Shown here piece after piece: positions 45,796 through 55,384 of a DNA stretch of 64,000 bases. Every line of letters begins with the position of its first letter. The stretch's first letter is position 1. A program made the translations under genes and the position numbers. Source of the stretch: Candidatus Marinacidobacterium sp. (lineage in GTDB: Bacteria > Acidobacteriota > Vicinamibacteria > Marinacidobacterales > Marinacidobacteraceae); NCBI GenBank assembly GCA_965204755.1, contig OZ242011.1:1920001-1984000 (forward strand), written 5' to 3'. Under the pieces are notes generated by a model. It did no database searches, was not told where the DNA came from, and saw only the letters and a list, made by a program, of their open reading frames with translations.

Positions 45796-46698
45796 ATGCG
45801 TTTTCGACTCTCGTTTCTCCTCGCCGCGGCGGCGCTCGTCGGCCTCGCCGGCGCCGCAGGCGCCCAGAACGGCTTCTACCTCGGCGCGGACCTCGGGACC
45901 GGCGGGACCAGGCCGCTCGAGTCCACCCGGACGAACCACGGCGTCTCGACGAACTGCGACCAGTGGCTCGCCTCCGCGACGCTGCCGGACGGGACCGCCG
46001 TGCCGCTGCCGCTCGAGCAGTGCGCCCCGCAGGCGCTCCCGGCGAGCCCCAGCCGGTTCACCCTCGGCCGGGCCGGGCTGATCGGCGGAGCGCACGCCGG
46101 CTACGCCTACGGCCGCATTCGCTTCGAAGGCGAGTACCTCCGCCGCGCCAACACCGGCGAGCAACTCGACCTCGTCGTCCCCGGCGACCCCAAGCAGGCG
46201 GAGTTCACCCAGCGCACCGAAGAGATCGACAACCTGCGCGGCGACCTCTTCTTCGCCAACCTGGTGGTGGACGCGAGCGGCCGGTCGGCTCGATTCCGCC
46301 CCCACTTCGGCGCCGGGTTCGGCGCCATGTGGATGGAGATGGAGTACGCCGGCGTCTCGGTCCGCACCGCCGACCGCGAGGTCCTGCTCTCGCTCGGCCG
46401 CAACCCCAACGCCGCCGGCCTGCGCTCGGTCGGCGAGGCCACGGTCCGCGACCGGCTCTGGGGCTGGCAGGCGCTCGCCGGACTCGACTTCGCGGTGACC
46501 GACCGCGTGGCGTTGACCGCGCGCTTCCGCTACCTGGACGCCTTCGGGACCTTCGAGGCGCCGGGGAACTCCTGGGATCCGCTGCGCGGCCACGAGTCGT
46601 CCGTCGGGCCGGGCGGCGAGGCGATCACCTACGACATCGGCGCCGAGGGTTTCGGCCTCTGGACGGCGACCGCGGGCATCCGGCTCTTCCTGAACTGA
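45796..46698 (+). CDS. Outer-membrane beta-barrel protein (OmpA/porin-like)
   Basis: Signal peptide, GFYLG, RFEGEY, P.FGAGFG, WQALAG and terminal GIRLF strands. Confidence 0.78.
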   Translation: MRFRLSFLLAAAALVGLAGAAGAQNGFYLGADLGTGGTRPLESTRTNHGVSTNCDQWLASATLPDGTAVPLPLEQCAPQALPASPSRFTLGRAGLIGGAHAGYAYGRIRFEGEYLRRANTGEQLDLVVPGDPKQAEFTQRTEEIDNLRGDLFFANLVVDASGRSARFRPHFGAGFGAMWMEMEYAGVSVRTADREVLLSLGRNPNAAGLRSVGEATVRDRLWGWQALAGLDFAVTDRVALTARFRYLDAFGTFEAPGNSWDPLRGHESSVGPGGEAITYDIGAEGFGLWTATAGIRLFLN

Positions 46699-46729
46699 CC
46701 CGGCGCGGCGCCGGCCTGAACCCTCCGTC

Positions 46730-47677
46730 GTGAGCCGTCCGGTCGTCGCCGTCGTCGGCGCCGGGAGCATCGCCCCCACCCACGCGAAGAACCTGCGGGG
46801 CGGGGCGCGGCTGCTGTTCGCCGCCCGCCGCCCCGTGTCCGCCCGCCACCTGGCGGCCCGCTTCGGCGGGGAACCGCTGGAGGGCGGGTTCGAGGAGGCG
46901 ATCGAGCGCCCGGAGGTCCGGGGAGTGGTCCTCGCCACCCCGGCGGAGCAGCACGCCGGGCAAGTCCTCGCCGCCCTGGCCGCCGGGAAGTCGGTGCTGG
47001 CGGAGAAGCCGATGACCACCGACTTCGCCGCCGTGGAGCGGATCGGCGAGGCCCTCGCCGGGCGTCCGCCGGGGTCGCTCATGGTGGCGGAGAACTACGC
47101 CTACCGCCCGGTGCTCCGGCTCCTCCGCCCGGCGCTGGCCGAGATCGGCCCGGTCCGCGCCGTCCGCCTGCGGAAGGTCTCGAACCAGCGCTCCCCCGGC
47201 TGGCGGGAGCGGCACGGCGCCCTGCTCGAAGGGGGCATCCACCTGGTGGCCTTCCTGGGCGCGCTGCTCGACTCGCCGCCCGACGCCGAGCCGCCGTCCG
47301 TCCGCGCGGAGTTCCCCGGCCCGGCCCGCCCCGAGCGCCACTCGATCACCCGGATCGAGTACCCGTCCGGCGTGGAGGCGGAAGTCCGCTACGGCTGGGA
47401 CCGCCCCTCCCTCCCCGGCGGGGTCTTCCAGCACTCCTCGGTCGAGGGCGAGCGGGGGCGGGTCGTCTTCGAGACGAACGGCCTCTATGTCCTCGTCCGC
47501 CGGCGGCGGTTCTTCCGCTTCCGCGCCGGGCCCCTCGCGGACCTGATGGGCTTCGCCGCGATGGCCCGCGACTTCCTCGCCGTCCTCCTCGACCCCTCCC
47601 GCCGCCCGGGATACGGCTTCCCCGAAGCCCGCCGCGACCTCGCCGTCGTCGAACGCGCCTACTCCTTCCTGAACTGA
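46730..47677 (+). CDS. Gfo/Idh/MocA family oxidoreductase
   Basis: VVGAGSIA, ATP..QH, AGKSVLAEKP and GALLEGGIH motifs. Confidence 0.88.
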   Translation: MSRPVVAVVGAGSIAPTHAKNLRGGARLLFAARRPVSARHLAARFGGEPLEGGFEEAIERPEVRGVVLATPAEQHAGQVLAALAAGKSVLAEKPMTTDFAAVERIGEALAGRPPGSLMVAENYAYRPVLRLLRPALAEIGPVRAVRLRKVSNQRSPGWRERHGALLEGGIHLVAFLGALLDSPPDAEPPSVRAEFPGPARPERHSITRIEYPSGVEAEVRYGWDRPSLPGGVFQHSSVEGERGRVVFETNGLYVLVRRRRFFRFRAGPLADLMGFAAMARDFLAVLLDPSRRPGYGFPEARRDLAVVERAYSFLN

Positions 47678-47807
47678 GGCCGCCCCGCCCGCCTCCCGGT
47701 TTCGCCCGGCGGGCGGCTCGTGATAGAGTCCCGCGTGCATCGAGGATTCACCTCCACTCACTCGGTGCCCGGCTTGTCCGGGGGCTGTCGCAACAAGACC
47801 CACCCAT

Positions 47808-47843
47808 CCCCTTCGCGGCAGCCCGAAGGGGGTTTTCGCGTTT
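47808..47843 (+). terminator. Intrinsic terminator
   Basis: CCCCTTCG-N8-CGAAGGGG followed by GTTTTCGCGTTT. Confidence 0.65.
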
Positions 47844-47934
47844 AAGGGGCGCCGTTCGAGCAGGCGCTCCGGAGGATCGGCGTGGGAATTCCCGCAACGA
47901 TGGCTGGCCCGCTGCGGCTCGCTACCATCGACCC

Positions 47935-48195
47935 ATGACCGAATCGGTCTCGTTCGACACCCATCGGTTCGTGAAGACCTTGGTGGACGGCGGTTTTTCG
48001 GAGAACCAAGCCGAGGCCTTGGCCGTGGCGCAGGCCGCCGTTCTCGCCAGGAGTCCGGCGCTCGAACGGGAAATCGAAAGGGTGCGGGCAGAAGGGGAAA
48101 TCCACAAGATCGAGGCCGATCTTCTCGAGTGGATATTCCGCGCCCTGCTGATCGCCCAGACCGCGCTCTACGCCGTGGTCGTTCCGTTGTCGTAG
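47935..48195 (+). CDS. Short DUF1640/CCDC90-like protein
   Basis: FDTHRFVKTL..GGFSE.QAEAL, short coiled coil, LL.W and C-terminal TM helix. Confidence 0.75.
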   Translation: MTESVSFDTHRFVKTLVDGGFSENQAEALAVAQAAVLARSPALEREIERVRAEGEIHKIEADLLEWIFRALLIAQTALYAVVVPLS

Positions 48196-48255
48196 CCGCG
48201 CCGTCCGCGCGCGGCCCCGGCGAAGGACCTCCGGGGGATCCCGGTCAGGTCGGGG

Positions 48256-49428
48256 TCAGGCGGGCTCGAACCTCGTGGGGCGGTAGTCGGCGAGGAGGGA
48301 CACCGCCACATCGTCGAGGATCTCGGTGGCGGCGAAGCGGCCCACCACCGGGGCCAGGGTGATCCCGCTGTGCATCGAGGCCAGGTAGAGGCCCGGCGCG
48401 CCCGGGTGGAAGCCCAGCACCGGATGCCCGTCCTTCGGCAGCACCCGGTAGCCGAGGGTGACATCGCCGAGGGCGAGGTCCCTCGCCGCCGGGAGCACCC
48501 GGGTCACGGACTCCAGGATCCGTTCGCCCATCTCCCGCGACGCGTCCTTCGAGCCGGCGCCGGCGAACCCGACGCCGGCGCTCACCCGCCCGGCGACCTG
48601 CCGCACATGGACCTCCGGGGCGAGGGCGATGCGATCCAACTTCGGGTCGGCGGGGGCGGAGTGGGCGAGGATGCCCGGCGACTCGACCAGCGGCAGCGCG
48701 ACCCCTGCCTGGGCGGCGAGGCGCGGCGCCTCCACCCCGGCCGCCAGCACCAGCAGGTCGAGCGGCCGGTCGCCCTCCGTGGTCTGCACGCCGCGCAGCG
48801 AGCCGAAGCGCACATCGAGCCGCTCCACTTCGGCGGTGACCACCGTCGCCCCGGCGGCCTCCGCCGCCGAGAGCAGCGCCCGGTTCGCGCTGACCGGGTC
48901 CACCGTCCCCTCGGCGGAGGAGAACGCCGCCGCCAGCACCGGCCCCTCGGGGTCGAGCCCCGGCTCCAGCCGGGCGAACTCCGCCGAGTCCACCGCCCGC
49001 GCCGGGTACCCCCACCGTTGGTGGCGGGCCAACTGCTCGGTGAGGCGGCGCGCCCGCTCCGGGTCCTCCCAGTACTGGAGGCTCCCGCCCCAGCGGACTT
49101 CCAGGGCGCCGCCGAGTTCCGCTTCCAGCCGCCGCCAGCCGCGGACCCCCGCCCAGTTCAACTCGAAGTAGGAGCGGGGGCGCTTCGACCAGGTGGCGTT
49201 GATCCAGGCGAAGGACTTGCCGGTGGCGCCCGCCGCCGGGCACTCGCGCTCGAAGACGACGACTTCCGCGCCGCGCCGCGCCAGGTGGAGCGCGATGGAG
49301 GCACCGATCATACCGGCGCCGACCACGCCGATCCGCGCCGAGGCCCGCTCCGCCGCCCCGACCCCGCGGTAGCCGGAAAGGCCGGCGGCCAAGCCGGACA
49401 CCGAGGAGAGGAAGCGGCGGCGCTCCAT
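48256..49428 (-). CDS. Tat-exported FAD-dependent oxidoreductase (DAO family)
   Basis: ERRRFL, VVGAGMIG, ATGKSFAWIN, R.LPKDG.P and HSGITL motifs. Confidence 0.88.
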   Translation of the reverse strand: MERRRFLSSVSGLAAGLSGYRGVGAAERASARIGVVGAGMIGASIALHLARRGAEVVVFERECPAAGATGKSFAWINATWSKRPRSYFELNWAGVRGWRRLEAELGGALEVRWGGSLQYWEDPERARRLTEQLARHQRWGYPARAVDSAEFARLEPGLDPEGPVLAAAFSSAEGTVDPVSANRALLSAAEAAGATVVTAEVERLDVRFGSLRGVQTTEGDRPLDLLVLAAGVEAPRLAAQAGVALPLVESPGILAHSAPADPKLDRIALAPEVHVRQVAGRVSAGVGFAGAGSKDASREMGERILESVTRVLPAARDLALGDVTLGYRVLPKDGHPVLGFHPGAPGLYLASMHSGITLAPVVGRFAATEILDDVAVSLLADYRPTRFEPA

Positions 49429-49444
49429 CGCTACTTCGTTCCCC

Positions 49445-50593
49445 TTACCCCGCCATCACGGTGCGGGTGAACTGGGCGTTGTCCTCCCAGTAGGTCTTCT
49501 TGAGGCTCAGGTCGGCGGGCTGTTCGCGGCCGAGTTCGTCCACCGCGTTCGAGACCAGCGTGTGCTCGCCGGGGGAGAGCGCTCCCAGTTCCGCCTCGAA
49601 GAACACCCAGGCGTAGCGGTCGCGCCGGTCGAGGCTGGCCGCCGTCCACTCGCCGCCGTCGAGTTGGACCGAGACCTCGCGGATCGGCGTTCCGTCGTTC
49701 CAGGCGGCGCCGAACACCCGCGTCCCGCCGGAATCCGTCTTCGTGACCCGCGCGATGACCGACTTGATCCGCTGCCGGGTGACCGAGCGCTCGAACCAGA
49801 CGGTCTCGCCGTCCCGCTCCTCGCCGATGATCGTCACATAGTCGCGCCCCATGAACCGGTTCATGAGCCGCCGGTCGGCGAGTTGGATCCGGGTGAGCCA
49901 CTTCACATGGCCGATCCCGTACCAGCCGGGCACGATGAGCCGGAGCGGGTAGCCGTTCTTCGCCGGGAGCGGCTCGCCGTTCATCTCGTACGCGAGCAGC
50001 GCGCCGGACTCCATCGTGTCGTCGATCGACATCGCCCGCGCGAAGTTCTGCGGGTACTCGTTGCCCCGGATGGTCTCCGTGCCGTGGTCCGCCGCCCAGA
50101 AGACGCTCTCGATCACCGTGGACGCCGGCTTCGCCGCCTCGAGCAGCGGGCGGAGCGGGGTTCCGGCCCAGACCGCGTTGCCCACCATGCCGTGGTGGCG
50201 GATCCCCTGGTTCCCGGAGCACTCGAAGGTGACCGTGCGCTCCTCGCGGGGCAGGGCGCGGAGGTCGTCCAGCGTGAAGGTGCGCGGGTTCTCCACCAGC
50301 CCGTCGAGGCGGAGCGACCAGCCGTCGGCGGCGATCTCCGGCCGGTTGTAGTGGGCGACGGAGAAGAAGTCCTCGTTCGCGGTGAGGTAGTCGCGCAGTT
50401 CGCGCAGGTCGAGCCGGAACACGAACTCGCCGCGCCGGGTGGAGAAGTCCTCCGGGACATCGGTGAACGGGATGACTTCCTCGTCCGCCTGCCGGCGGAG
50501 CGCGGCGAAGAGCGCGGTCTTCGGCAGCGCGGCGGCCGCGGCCAGCGCGGAGAGGATGCGGAGCGTCTCCCGGCGGGACGACGAATGGGCCAT
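49445..50593 (-). CDS. Tat-exported sulfite oxidase family molybdoenzyme
   Basis: SRRETL, ECSGN, LLAYEMNGEPL...GYPLRLIVPGWYG..VKWL motifs and dimerisation domain. Confidence 0.9.
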   Translation of the reverse strand: MAHSSSRRETLRILSALAAAAALPKTALFAALRRQADEEVIPFTDVPEDFSTRRGEFVFRLDLRELRDYLTANEDFFSVAHYNRPEIAADGWSLRLDGLVENPRTFTLDDLRALPREERTVTFECSGNQGIRHHGMVGNAVWAGTPLRPLLEAAKPASTVIESVFWAADHGTETIRGNEYPQNFARAMSIDDTMESGALLAYEMNGEPLPAKNGYPLRLIVPGWYGIGHVKWLTRIQLADRRLMNRFMGRDYVTIIGEERDGETVWFERSVTRQRIKSVIARVTKTDSGGTRVFGAAWNDGTPIREVSVQLDGGEWTAASLDRRDRYAWVFFEAELGALSPGEHTLVSNAVDELGREQPADLSLKKTYWEDNAQFTRTVMAG

Positions 50594-50722
50594 GGGACAG
50601 CGCCTCCTTGGAGCGGTTTCGCCGGAGTTCGGCGAAGGAAGAAGACTCTAATGGAATCCGGCGGGGGCCGCCGCGTTCGCGGGGCCGGGCCGGGGAATAC
50701 GATTTCGCCCGCAACTGTCGGC

Positions 50723-52690
50723 ATGGAACGGCCCGAGAGCGCCTCCGCACGGCCGGGAAACGGGGAACCGGCCCCGACGGCCGCGCCCGCGGCGCGAAGA
50801 GACGAAGACGCCGCCCTGGGTATGGGCCGGAGCATCACCCGGCGGGACTTCCTGAACGGGGTCCCCGTCGGAATCGCCGGCTTGGCGGCGCTTCCCGCGC
50901 TCGCGCCGGGACTCCTCGGCGCTGAAGAGTCCGCCGCGCCCTACCCGCCGGCGCTCACCGGCCTTCGCGGCAGCCACCCGGGGTCGTTCGAGGTCGCCCA
51001 CCGGCTGGCGCGCCTCGTCCGGGAGGGAAGGGCCTGGGACGACTCCGGCGCCGCCGACGGGGGCGAGTTCGACCTGGTCGTGGTCGGCGGCGGCATCAGC
51101 GGGCTCGCCGCGGCCCACCTCTACCGGAAGGCGGCCGGGCCGGACGCCCGCATCCTGGTCCTCGACAACCACGACGACTTCGGCGGCCACGCCAAGCGCA
51201 ACGAGTTCACCTACGAGGGGCGGACGATCCTGGGCTACGGCGGCACCCAGTCGCTGGATTCGCCCGCGACTTTCAGCCCCGCCGCCCGGTCGCTGCTGGA
51301 TGACCTCGGCGTGGACCTCGACCTCTTCTACACGGCGTTCGACCGCGACTACTACTCCTCGCGCGGCCTCGGTTCCGCGGTCTTCTTCGGCGAAGAGGAC
51401 TTCGGACGCGACCGGCTGGTGGGCGGGTTCGGGCGCCGCCCGCCGGCCGACCTCGCCGCGGAGGCGCCGCTCTCCCCGGCCGGCCGGGCCGACTTCGTCC
51501 GCCTCCTCGAAGACCCCGGCGACCCGTGGCCGCACCTGTCCGCCGCCGCCAAGAAGGACCGGCTGGCGACGGTGAGTTACCGCGGCTTCCTGGATGAGTT
51601 GGGGATGGGGCCGGAGGCGCAGGCGCTCTACCGGCAGCGGCCCCACTCGCTCTTCGGCATGGGCGGCGACGGCGTGCCGGCGCTCGACCTGTGGTCGCTC
51701 GGCTATCCCGGCTTCGACGGGATGAACCTGCCGCCGGGGGACCACCCGCGGCTCAGCCTCACCGCGAAGCCGGCGGCGGCGCCGGAGCCCTACATCTTCC
51801 ACTTCCCCGACGGCAACGCCACCGTCGCCCGGCTCCTCGTCCGCCGCCTGATCCCGGAGGCGGCGCCCGGCGGCACCGGCGAGGACATCGTGCTGGCGCG
51901 GCTGGACTACGGCGCGCTCGACCGGCCTGGCGCGCCCTGCCGGATCCGGCTCTCCTCGACCGCGGTGCGCGTCCGCCCCGGCGGGCCGCGGGCCCCGGCG
52001 AGCGTGACTTATGTGCGGGGCGGCTCGGAAACGCGCGTTCGCGCCGGGGCGGTGGTGCTCGCCGGCTACAACCGGGTCGTCCCGTTCCTCCTCCCGGAAC
52101 TCCCCGCCGAGCAGCGGCGGGCGCTCCGGTACCCGCCCAAGGTTCCGCTGGTGTACACGAATGTCCTGCTCCGGGACTGGCGGAGTTTCGCCGCCGCCGG
52201 CGCCGCCCGGATCCACTTCCCGGCCGGGTTCCACTCCTCGCTCTCGCTGGACTTCCCGGTGAGCCTCGGCGGCTACCGGTTCTCCGGGGGGCCGGAGGAG
52301 CCGATCGTCGTCCATGCCGTCCGGACGCCCTGTTCACCCGGCCGGAGCGCCCGGGAGCAGCACCGCGCCGGGCAGGCCGAACTGCTGCGGACGCCGTTCG
52401 CGGTCTTCGAGCGGGAGACGCGCCGCCAACTGGCCCGGGCGCTCGGCCCCCACGGGTTCGACCCGGCCCGGGACCTCGCGGGCCTCACCGTGAACCGGTG
52501 GCCGCACGGCTACACCTTCGAATACAACTCGCTGTGGGATCCGCCGTTTCCGCCCGGCGCGGCGCCCCACGAAGTCGCCCGCCGCCCGTTCGGCCGGGTC
52601 CGCCTCGCCGGCGCGGACTGCGGCGCTTACGCCTACACCCAGTCCGCGATCGACCAGGCCCACCGCGCCGTCGCCGAGATCGCGGGCTGA
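50723..52690 (+). CDS. Tat-exported FAD oxidoreductase, spermidine dehydrogenase (SpdH)-like
   Basis: ITRRDFLNG, YPPALTGLRGSHPGSF, DNHDDFGGHAKRNEF, HFPDGNA, VNRWPHGY and AIDQAHRAV motifs. Confidence 0.85.
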   Translation: MERPESASARPGNGEPAPTAAPAARRDEDAALGMGRSITRRDFLNGVPVGIAGLAALPALAPGLLGAEESAAPYPPALTGLRGSHPGSFEVAHRLARLVREGRAWDDSGAADGGEFDLVVVGGGISGLAAAHLYRKAAGPDARILVLDNHDDFGGHAKRNEFTYEGRTILGYGGTQSLDSPATFSPAARSLLDDLGVDLDLFYTAFDRDYYSSRGLGSAVFFGEEDFGRDRLVGGFGRRPPADLAAEAPLSPAGRADFVRLLEDPGDPWPHLSAAAKKDRLATVSYRGFLDELGMGPEAQALYRQRPHSLFGMGGDGVPALDLWSLGYPGFDGMNLPPGDHPRLSLTAKPAAAPEPYIFHFPDGNATVARLLVRRLIPEAAPGGTGEDIVLARLDYGALDRPGAPCRIRLSSTAVRVRPGGPRAPASVTYVRGGSETRVRAGAVVLAGYNRVVPFLLPELPAEQRRALRYPPKVPLVYTNVLLRDWRSFAAAGAARIHFPAGFHSSLSLDFPVSLGGYRFSGGPEEPIVVHAVRTPCSPGRSAREQHRAGQAELLRTPFAVFERETRRQLARALGPHGFDPARDLAGLTVNRWPHGYTFEYNSLWDPPFPPGAAPHEVARRPFGRVRLAGADCGAYAYTQSAIDQAHRAVAEIAG

Positions 52691-52722
52691 CCGGGGTTCG
52701 GCGCGTCGGCCTTCCGGACTCG

Positions 52723-53568
52723 ATGCCCGAACTCCCCGAAGTCGAACTCGCCCGCGAGAACCTGGCCGGGTGGCTGGTCGGCCGGCGCATCCGGCGGCTC
52801 CGGGCGCCGGACACCCGCATCCGCCGGGGCCAGGAGGAAGCGGAGATCCGCGCCGCCGCCGAAGGCCGGCGGGTGACGGCCGTCCGGCGGCGGGCGAAGT
52901 ACCTGCTGTTCGACCTCGACGGGCCGGCGCCCGCGGGTTCCGGCCTGCTCGGCCACCTGGGGATGACCGGCAAGTGGGTCCGCCGCCGGGGCGCCGAGCC
53001 CGACCCGCCGGCGGCGCGGGCGGAGTTGGGGCTCTCCGGAGGGGAGCGCGTCGTGTTCGCCGACCGTCGGCGCTTCGGCCACTTCTCGCTCCGCCGCGCC
53101 GAGGACGACGACCGACTCGCCGGGCTGGGCCCGGAGCCGCTCGCGCCGGCGTTCACCGCGCGCGCCCTGGCCGACCGGCTCCGGGGCGCGCCCGGCCCGG
53201 TGAAGGTCGTGCTCATGGATCAGCGCCGGATCGCCGGGCTCGGGAACATCCAGGCCGCCGAGGCGCTCTGGCGCGCCGGGGTCCATCCGGAGCGCGCCGC
53301 CGGGAGTCTCGAAGCGGGCGAAGTCCGCCGGCTCCACCGGGCGATCCGGGCGACGCTGCGGCGCACCATCCGGGAAGCGCGCGGCATCGAGATCCGGTAT
53401 GTCAGCGAAGGGCGGGCGGGGAACGAGAGCGCGCAGGGCCGTTTCTCGGTGTACGCCCACGAAGGGGAGACCTGTCCGAAGTGCCGGCGAAGCCGGATCC
53501 GGCGCCGCCGGCTCGCCGGGCGCTCCTCGTTCCATTGCCCGCGTTGCCAGCCGAGGCGCCCGACTTGA
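52723..53568 (+). CDS. mutM: Formamidopyrimidine-DNA glycosylase
   Basis: MPELPEVE, RRAKYL, HLGMTG, AGLGNI and C-terminal Zn finger. Confidence 0.93.
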   Translation: MPELPEVELARENLAGWLVGRRIRRLRAPDTRIRRGQEEAEIRAAAEGRRVTAVRRRAKYLLFDLDGPAPAGSGLLGHLGMTGKWVRRRGAEPDPPAARAELGLSGGERVVFADRRRFGHFSLRRAEDDDRLAGLGPEPLAPAFTARALADRLRGAPGPVKVVLMDQRRIAGLGNIQAAEALWRAGVHPERAAGSLEAGEVRRLHRAIRATLRRTIREARGIEIRYVSEGRAGNESAQGRFSVYAHEGETCPKCRRSRIRRRRLAGRSSFHCPRCQPRRPT

Positions 53569-53973
53569 ACCGGCTTCCGGCGCGCCCCGGGCGCCGGGCC
53601 GTATCCCGTTCGTGCTAATGTGCGCCTGACTGGATCGTTTGACCGGAGACTCCGGGCGCGGGAGTTCGCATCGAACGGGGCGCCCGACTCCATTGTTCAT
53701 CGCGGCGAAATTCGCCGCCGCGTTCGATCCGGTTTACCGACGAGTGGATCGTTTCCGCAACAGGAATGCGGAAGCGGCCGGGTATGCGCCGGCCGACCCG
53801 ATCCGCCCGCCCGGTCCAACTGCCGGGACGGATGGCCGGATCGGGTTGACCGGACGCGCCGCGACTTCCTCCATGCGCCACGAACGCCATCGTTCCTCCG
53901 TTCTCTTCGCGCGCCTCTCTGCGCCCTCCGCCGGCCGCTTCGAGAGGCGGCTTTCGTCTTCGGACCTGACTCC

Positions 53974-54423
53974 ATGAAGTACCGCCGAAAGGGCGGACGC
54001 CGCCGCGAACCGGACACGCCGGAACAACGGCGGTTCCGCCGCGACATGGAAGAGCGGCTCTCCGACCTCGGCAACACCGACCAACTGCGGACGCTGCGGC
54101 TGGCCGGCGACCGCCGGGCTTCGGTGGTCACCCGCTGCGCCAAATGCGGCTACCAGTGGCCGACCGGCGAGGTCTCCATCGTGGTCGGCGCGGTCTGCCC
54201 CACCTGCGGCACCGCGCTCCGCTCCTGCCGGCACTGCGCGCTCTTCGATCCGGGCGAGAGATTCGAATGCCGCGCGGAGATCCCGGAGCGCATCGCGAAC
54301 AAGTGGGCGGGGAACGAATGCTTCCACTTCCGCCCGGTCGAAGTGCTCGACCTCACCGGCCGGAAACTGGACACCGCCCGCGACGCCAAGGCCGCGTTCG
54401 ACAACCTGTTCGACGAGAGTTGA
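53974..54423 (+). CDS. Conserved hypothetical zinc-ribbon protein
   Basis: CAKC, CPTC, CRHC..FD...EC...NEC and C-terminal AKAAFDNLF. Confidence 0.75.
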   Translation: MKYRRKGGRRREPDTPEQRRFRRDMEERLSDLGNTDQLRTLRLAGDRRASVVTRCAKCGYQWPTGEVSIVVGAVCPTCGTALRSCRHCALFDPGERFECRAEIPERIANKWAGNECFHFRPVEVLDLTGRKLDTARDAKAAFDNLFDES

Positions 54424-55133
54424 TCCTCTTCGCCGGAACCTCCGGCTACGGGTTCCGGGAATGGGTCGGGACCTTCTATCCCGACAAGACGAAGTCGAAG
54501 GACTTCCTCGCTTACTACGCCTCGGTGTTCGGCAGCGTCGAGATCAACCACACCTTCCGCCGCTTTCCGAAGTCCGACCTCGCGGCCGCCTGGGCGGAGA
54601 GCACGCCTCCGGAGTTCCGCTTCTCGGTCAAGGCCCACCAGGGAATCACCCACCGCTCCCGCCTCCGGGACACGAAGGACGATGTCGAAGCCTTCGTCGC
54701 CGCGCTTTCGCCCCTCGGCGAACGCCTGGGCCCCATCCTCTTCCAGTGTCCGCCCTGGTTCCGGAGGGACGACGACCGCTTGGCCGAGTTCCTCTCGGCG
54801 TTACCGGAAGGCCGCCGCTACGCCCTCGAGTTCCGCCACGAGAGTTGGCGGTGCGAAGAAGTGGAGTCCGCCTGCCGCGAACACGGCGTCGCCCTCGCCG
54901 CCGGCATCTCCGACCTCGACGGCGACCTGCGCGTCCCGGTCACCGCCGACTTCGCCTATGTCCGCCTCCGCCGCGACCCGCCGTACGCGGAGTCCGAGCA
55001 AACGGCGATCCGTTCCCTCGTCCGCCGAGTCGAAACCGAAGCGGAGACGCTCTACCTCTATGTGAAACACGACGGCCCCGGCCTCGCCCCGGACGCCGTG
55101 CGTTGGATTCGCTCGCTCGCTACAGAGGCCTGA
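54420..55133 (+). CDS. DUF72 domain protein
   Basis: GTSGY...W...FYP, VEINHTF, FSVKA..ITH, LFQCPP, EFRHESW and YVRLR motifs; TTG start overlaps upstream TGA. Confidence 0.9.
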   Translation: MILFAGTSGYGFREWVGTFYPDKTKSKDFLAYYASVFGSVEINHTFRRFPKSDLAAAWAESTPPEFRFSVKAHQGITHRSRLRDTKDDVEAFVAALSPLGERLGPILFQCPPWFRRDDDRLAEFLSALPEGRRYALEFRHESWRCEEVESACREHGVALAAGISDLDGDLRVPVTADFAYVRLRRDPPYAESEQTAIRSLVRRVETEAETLYLYVKHDGPGLAPDAVRWIRSLATEA

Positions 55134-55189
55134 CCGCGGGCGCCGCCACGAACGCTCGCCGGCCAGCCCGCGGAGAGCCCACGGAGCGA

Positions 55190-55281
55190 CCCTCGGCGCG
55201 GAAGCGCCGAGGGGGGAGGGGTGCGGGGAGGGGGTGTCCCCCTCCCTGCGAAAGATGGCGAAGGGAATCGCGCAGCGATTC
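55190..55281. repeat. Cluster of three GC-rich hairpins between convergent genes (REP-like or bidirectional terminator)
   Basis: CCCTCGGCGC-GGAA-GCGCCGAGGG; GCGGGGAGGGGG-TGT-CCCCCTCCCTGC; GAATCGC-GCA-GCGATTC. Confidence 0.5.
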
Positions 55282-55384
55282 GCTTCGCCTGCCCGTGGGA
55301 AGAGCGCCCCGCCGGAAACGGAACGGGGAATTCGAGTCGTCAGGTCGAAGAGGGTAGGGGCGGGGCGTTCTTCCCACGGGCAGC

